Positions 51,126 through 56,698 of a stretch of 56,698 nt of DNA are shown piece after piece; position 1 is the stretch's first letter, and each line of letters opens with the position of its first letter. Under the pieces are notes generated by a model. It was not told the DNA's origin and did not search any database. It saw nothing but the letters and a program-made list of their open reading frames with translations. The DNA lies in NCBI RefSeq assembly GCF_001194135.2, contig NC_068986.1:18132504-18189201 (forward strand), given 5' to 3'. Source of the stretch: Octopus bimaculoides. Its lineage: Eukaryota. The position numbers and the translations under genes were made by a program.

Positions 51126-51924
51126 ATATAGGAGAATAATTCAGCTGCTGTATAATTGCATGATTTGGATCATCGGTGTGGTTTCTGCTCCAATTATAGT
51201 TGGTAAATGGATGGCACCCTATTGTTGTTAATTAATTTTGAGCGATGTAATCATTATTTACTGTATTGATTAACTGTACGTTTACGATCTGCGATAACAC
51301 CATTGTTGCCATCGTAAAATAAATATACTTATCAAACTTTGGGGTCGGTGTTTTAACAATATCTCCTGCTTGCAATGTGTAAAAAATCATGGTGTTCTAT
51401 AAAATTCGAGAAAAAGTAAATTTTTGCTTATATTATTGCTGAAATGAAGGATCAATTACAGAAACACGCAGACCATATTTTCTCTGGAGGTTCATCGTCT
51501 GTGTGTGGGTGCATCAGAGAAAGAGTGAGTGTGTATGTGTGTGCGTGCACGCGCGTTTGTGTTTGAGTGTATCTGTGTAACTGTGTCCCGTTGAGTATTT
51601 ATGGTGAAGAAATTGAATTGATCTGTATAACCTCTAATTTCTTTGGAAACATTAATTTTTCATAAATTATTCACTTACTCAATTTAAAACATCTCATGAA
51701 AATACAAGGAGAGATGACGAAGAGTGACATGACCTTTTAAAATTTGGTAGATAGAGCGTCGTGAGCTATATTCTGTTCGAATTAATGGTGCTTTATAACC
51801 GCTACTGAATATAACGATAAGGATCATTATATTTGCTGTTACAGTTAAAGTAAGACCTCATATTTTAAGGTGTTAACGCGCATTTAGTCACTGTCCAATA
51901 TTTATTAACAAATTTATATCATAG

Positions 51925-52200
51925 ATAACTGACATATGTTTCGACCAAAGTTTGGCCTTGGCCATGTCTCGCTTCGTCATCTCTTCTTGTATATTCATGT
52001 GACGTTTTAAATTTCCTAGTAATGATGTGCCTCTGGTATACTCACATGAATTTCCCTAATTTTGCAGGCGTTTATATTGAATAAAATGTTGTTCAGATCT
52101 AAACATTTTTGAATACCGAAGTATTTCTGGGTTGAATGATAATCCTTGTATTCGCGTAGTTTCTATTGCAATGTGTTCCTAGGGTATCAAGAATTTTCGA
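51925..52200 (-). mobile_element. Penelope-like GIY-YIG C-terminus relic with eroded hammerhead
   Basis: Minus strand MFRSEQHFIQYKRLQN resembles E.hFI....P.LN, followed by GGCCAA-ACT-TTGGTC-GAAA-CATATG-TC; the CUGANGA box is not intact. Confidence 0.45.
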
Positions 52201-52509
52201 GATGCAACAGTTAGTTAAATTCGTTTTTATTTTGAATGAAATACATCAAACGGAGTAAATATATATATCCATGTATATCTGCAATATTATTGCAACACAT
52301 AACTATATCTTTTGTGTTTCGTTGCCGTAAAATGATAGACTTCTAATTCTGTAATTAATACTAATACGATTAAATTTACATTTCGTTGTCCTCCCCATCT
52401 TCGCAAATACAAGGATTAATTAATCATCCCTTAGGGTATTATAAGAATTCATCTGCATGAATTTTCCACGTTGCATAATGATAAAAGTTGACTTAAAGAC
52501 CGTATTCCA

Positions 52510-52960
52510 TTAATCAGTATTAATTTAGATACTATGGACCTGTTATCATAGATACTATGGACCTGTTATCAATGTTAAGCGTATCATCATTATTCGAGTT
52601 ATCTCTCTTATATTCGTGTATGATGTTACTGTCGGACAGGTTGAGGGATTTTGAATTTTGCCATCGAAGGCAAGCAGTGATAGAATCAAATACATATAGA
52701 CTNNNNNNNNNNNNNNNNNNNNNNNNNNNNNNNNNNNNNNNNNNNNNNNNNNNNNNNNNNNNNNNNNNNNNNNNNNNNNNNNNNNNNNNNNNNNNNNNNN
52801 NNATACCAGTGTTAGCATATAAATGCGAAGAAAGGTGGAAAAAATAGTACTCGAATACCGGAGGTAGAGGAATATGCTTTATTAAAAAACAGCAAAGACA
52901 TCACAAAAAACTGTTACTCAGGGTTTCACGTTCCCGTTCGTCGGACTGTTTTGTTTTGAG
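52510..52960 (-). mobile_element. Penelope-like relic (pLTR with hammerhead, gap, Asn/Asp-rich fragment)
   Basis: Hammerhead at 52907-52952; 21-bp direct duplication gatactatggacctgttatca at about 52528 and 52550. Confidence 0.55.
52907..52952 (-). ncRNA. Type-I hammerhead motif (U4C variant)
   Basis: AAAACAGT-CCGACGA-ACG-GGAA-CGT-GAAA-C-CCTGA-G-TA-ACAGTTTT: 8-bp stem I with one mismatch, GGAA-capped stem II, GUA triplet. Confidence 0.65.
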
Positions 52961-53639
52961 TGGAGCATGATAAAATCATATGCAGAAATACAATTACTTT
53001 GATAGATGCACATTTGAAAATAGTTTTGTTTCATTGGTCCTTTAAACTAACTGTCTTTTCAATAACCGGTTGCATGAAATGACAAATTGCGGTTGAAAAT
53101 CATATTAGTATAAAGATCGAAGAAAGCCTTAAATTAAAAAGAGCTTGTAAAGAAGAAAAGATGCTTGAATACACAGGGTAAATAATTAGCTGTAAATAAA
53201 GTGATAAATTAATAAATTAAATGATATATCCTTTAAAACATGTTTGACTCTAAATAACATATACATTTAGCAATATATACACATACCGAACAGTGTGTAA
53301 AATACCTATATACACTAAACATACAGATGTAGTTACCTGTGTCGGAAGTAAATTGATTTGAATAACAACTGTGTTTAACTCCATTTATTTATCTATATAT
53401 AGTTTACAAACTATTTCACGAAAAACCGGAGTTTCTACCTTTAAAAACAAGGTGTTACGCCCTTTTTACCTGTGTGATTTTTTGCTACCAAGGTAACTCT
53501 TTATCTATTTTTCCGTGTTTATTGTTAACAAGGAAAAAATACACATATCTAATCATTATCCTGCGTTTGAGAATTTAAAAAATCACTTCTTTAACATTCT
53601 AAGACATCTCAACGCTTCTAAAAGCAAACTTCGTTTGTT

Positions 53640-53816
53640 TGTTTACGAGCGCCGCCTTCAGTCAAGCAAATCGACCCCAGGACTTATTGTTTGTAAGTAT
53701 AGTACTCTATTCTATCGGTCTCTTTATGCAGAACCGCTAATTTACTGGGACGTAAACACACCAGCATCGGTTGTCAGGTGATGTTGAGAGGAGACAAACA
53801 TAGACACACACACACA

Positions 53817-53881
<65 letters not shown>

Positions 53882-54060
53882 GTGTGTGTGTGTAAGACGG
53901 GCTTCATTCAGTGTCCGTCTACCAAATCCACTCATACGGGTTTGGTTGGCTCAAGGCTATAGTAGAAGACACTTGTCCAGAGTGCCATGCAGTAGGACTG
54001 AACCTGAAACCATGTGGTTGGTAATCAAGCTACTTACCACGCAGCTACTCCTACGCCTGT
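53640..54060 (-). mobile_element. SINE family C, full length, with internal (TA)n(TG)n
   Basis: Reverse complement is colinear with 20971-21404. Confidence 0.88.
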
Positions 54061-54552
54061 AGCCACCTGGGCATATGTGTGTATACATGTACACGCACAC
54101 TCACGCACACACAAACACACATACACACACACACACACTCATATATATGTATGTATGTACATACACATAAACTGATAAATATCGATATATCGTAGAGTGT
54201 TTCAGATATGTGATATACGCATAACTATGTCACAATATGTATATATGTTTGCGTATGGCCCTTTACACATTCGTAGATTTCTCTGCTTGAGTATCCATAT
54301 TATTATACGTAGGCAAGTCAACCGATAATACAGTGACAGTTTTCTATATAACTGCCAAATGTATTTCACGCCTGTGTCATCGTTCCTTCCTTTCGACTAT
54401 TATCAAGTTGTTATTAACAAGTAGGTTAACTTAAGTAGCCAACGTTGATGTACATAACGTTACACAATTCTCTTGCGAGTTTGTGGCAATATGTTTATTT
54501 ATTCAGATAGCTGTCCAACATGTACACTTTATATGTATCACTATCTTCATAC

Positions 54553-54603
<51 letters not shown>

Positions 54604-55985
54604 TAGAGCTAGAGGAACGTTCATACATACCTATGTGTTTGTATATGTATATACGTATATACATGGTAATATAATGATTTCTCCGCCCTTGTCGGGAGTG
54701 TGTGTTGGGAGGGAGGGATCTGAAATGTCAGGTAAACGTATACAGTAGCTAGAGACACCTTAGGACCGCTAGAAATAGCAGTCCCATGTTTGCTAAATGA
54801 AATTCTACATTACAATTACAAAACCAATCCTAAATATGTATTTGTGTTTTGTTATTCCAATTTGAGTTATGTGTGTAGGTATCGAACGAAAGTATTTCAA
54901 ATGCGGACACTTTTTCATAACAGACGAATTATGTCAGATCGGGTATGAGAATATGAAAAAATAACAAATTCACATTGTAAATCCAATCCAACAGAACAAC
55001 ATGGTGGAAGTATACTTTAATCTAGCTTTACAATTGTTCGTGCGAGATTCAGAAACAGACCGAAGAATGTTTAAAACAGGGTTATTCGACTTCCCACGAA
55101 ATCTGGATCCTTATATTCTCTGTTTCACAATATAATGGTCCCTCAGTACAACTTTAAGTAATTTTCTTTGTGCTTTTTTTTTCTTTCTATTAATTATTTG
55201 CGAGCATCTTGCTCGAAGCTTCTATATTCTGCAGGAAGTAGATTTCATTTTTTTTTTTTTGTCTATGATAATTCGTGCCACAAAACAAGAGACAATATTA
55301 AAAAGAGAAGGGTGGAGAAGCAAAACGTGTGCAAAAAAGGAAAGAAGAAACGTCTCTGATATTTTATCGATTTACTATCTCCAGAAAGATGTAAACTAAA
55401 TTTAAACTCGAGTAGATTTGAACTGAGAGAAAGGTTAAAAGTACAACGAAAGCAGATCAGCTTAATCGGTTGACCTGTTACATATATTGTCATGCAAATT
55501 CCTCGTCTTTCAAAAAAAGTGACAATTTAGTCTAGGTAAAATGCCCCATTAATATCGATGTTGCTGCGGTGCATAGAATTAATCTCGAAGTAATATTATA
55601 TATGCAGTAGAAATATGGCTCTAACTGGTAAGTTCTCTTACAGAAGAACATTTGAACAATCCACGAACTTTTAAGCTTGTCTACAATCATGATTAAATTT
55701 GTGCTCATAGATTCGAAGACGTTTCCTAAGCTTGGTGTTGTCCGATATAAAAGGAACTATACCAAATCATTTAGCATTATGTCTAGTTGTGTCCATGCGT
55801 ATATACAAGCATATACGGATATGAGTATGGGCAAGCATATTTAAACACAGACACTCAAACACAAACAAACATAGACGTAGATATATCCATATTGTATAAA
55901 AGATGTGGGTAAGGTCAAAACAATGTGAAGTAAATGCAAGGTAAATCACAAGAAAAATATGTGAATTTATGTAGACTTACTTTGT

Positions 55986-56024
55986 CTCCAATATTTCGGG
56001 GTTATGACCCCATATTCAAGAAAT
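55986..56024 (-). ncRNA. Paralogous hammerhead motif in the left arm (position 8 mutated)
   Basis: Minus strand TTTC-TTGAATA-T-GGGG-TCATAA-CCCC-GAAA-TA-TT-GGAG; perfect 4-bp stem II. Confidence 0.55.
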
Positions 56025-56427
56025 TGACGAATGTTGCCGATGTGCGTGTGTGTGAGCGTGTGTGGAGTGGACATGCGCAGAAGGGTGTTGCTATAAGAAC
56101 CTGCTAGGTTCCTGTGACTCCCTTCTATTGATCTTGGGGGTTTTTTGGTGTATGAGGGTGGCCTCAGATATTTCTAGGGTGCCCTTTTTCCGCCATGTTG
56201 CCTTGATGTGCTCATATGTATAAACAGATGTTTTTATCAGTTTAGTCACTCATCAAAAACCACTGGCAAACACGTTCAGACAGCTTTACATATGAATATG
56301 CATATGTACAGTGCACATCAGGGCAACTCAGTGGAACAGAGGAAACGTTAGAATTTCTGATGCCATCCTCATACACCAAAAGAAACCCAAGATCAACAAT
56401 AGAAGGGAGTTACAGGAACCTAGCAGA

Positions 56428-56463
56428 TTCTTGAAAATGGGGTCATAATCCCGAAATATTGAA
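56428..56463 (+). ncRNA. Minimal type-I hammerhead, U3-A8 covariant core
   Basis: TTC-TTGAAAA-T-GGGG-TCATAA-TCCC-GAAA-TA-TT-GAA; palindromic ATAT stem III. Confidence 0.6.
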
Positions 56464-56666
56464 CACAAGGTAAGCCAACCTTAATTCAAATATTTAGTTA
56501 CTTGTTATTTACCTTGCCTTGCATTTACTTCGCATTGTTTTGGCCTTACCCACGATCTTTTACACAATATATTCTACACAATGCCTCATAGTAATTATTC
56601 CATTACAATATATAATTATGTATGTGTATGTATGTATACATGTATCTGTGTGTGTATATCGAAGTA

Positions 56667-56698
<32 letters not shown>

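Larger units (their letters stand above)
55877..56580. mobile_element. Penelope-like element end present as an inverted pair (arms about 55877-56222 and 56300-56580)
   Basis: The plus arm encodes RISDAILIHQKKPKINNRRE (GIY-YIG C-terminal motif); the arms are diverged reverse complements and each carries a hammerhead motif. Confidence 0.8.

Overview
AT-rich, repeat-dense animal genomic DNA with about 20 assembly gaps, most flanked by (TA)n/(TG)n microsatellites. The repeat families suggest an octopus/cephalopod genome (inference from recognised repeat sequences, not a database search). No complete protein-coding gene is visible, and most supplied ORFs are gap or microsatellite artefacts. The window contains: (1) many tRNA-derived SINEs of 4-5 families, including a trimer inside one 17-bp target-site duplication; (2) three long and two tiny fragments of RLE-type non-LTR retrotransposons (R4/Dong-like), all ending at (TAA)n tracts; (3) a CR1/L2-type RT fragment and a C3H zinc-finger LINE ORF1 relic; (4) several Penelope-like element (PLE) relics and five or six minimal type-I hammerhead-ribozyme motifs from at least four sequence families; (5) two partial copies that together outline a composite inverted repeat / tRNA-like promoter / (AAT)n / hammerhead / inverted repeat element; (6) two foldback palindromes; and (7) scattered candidate plus-strand exons of an unidentified multi-exon host gene (low to moderate confidence). 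All translations and alignments were done by eye.
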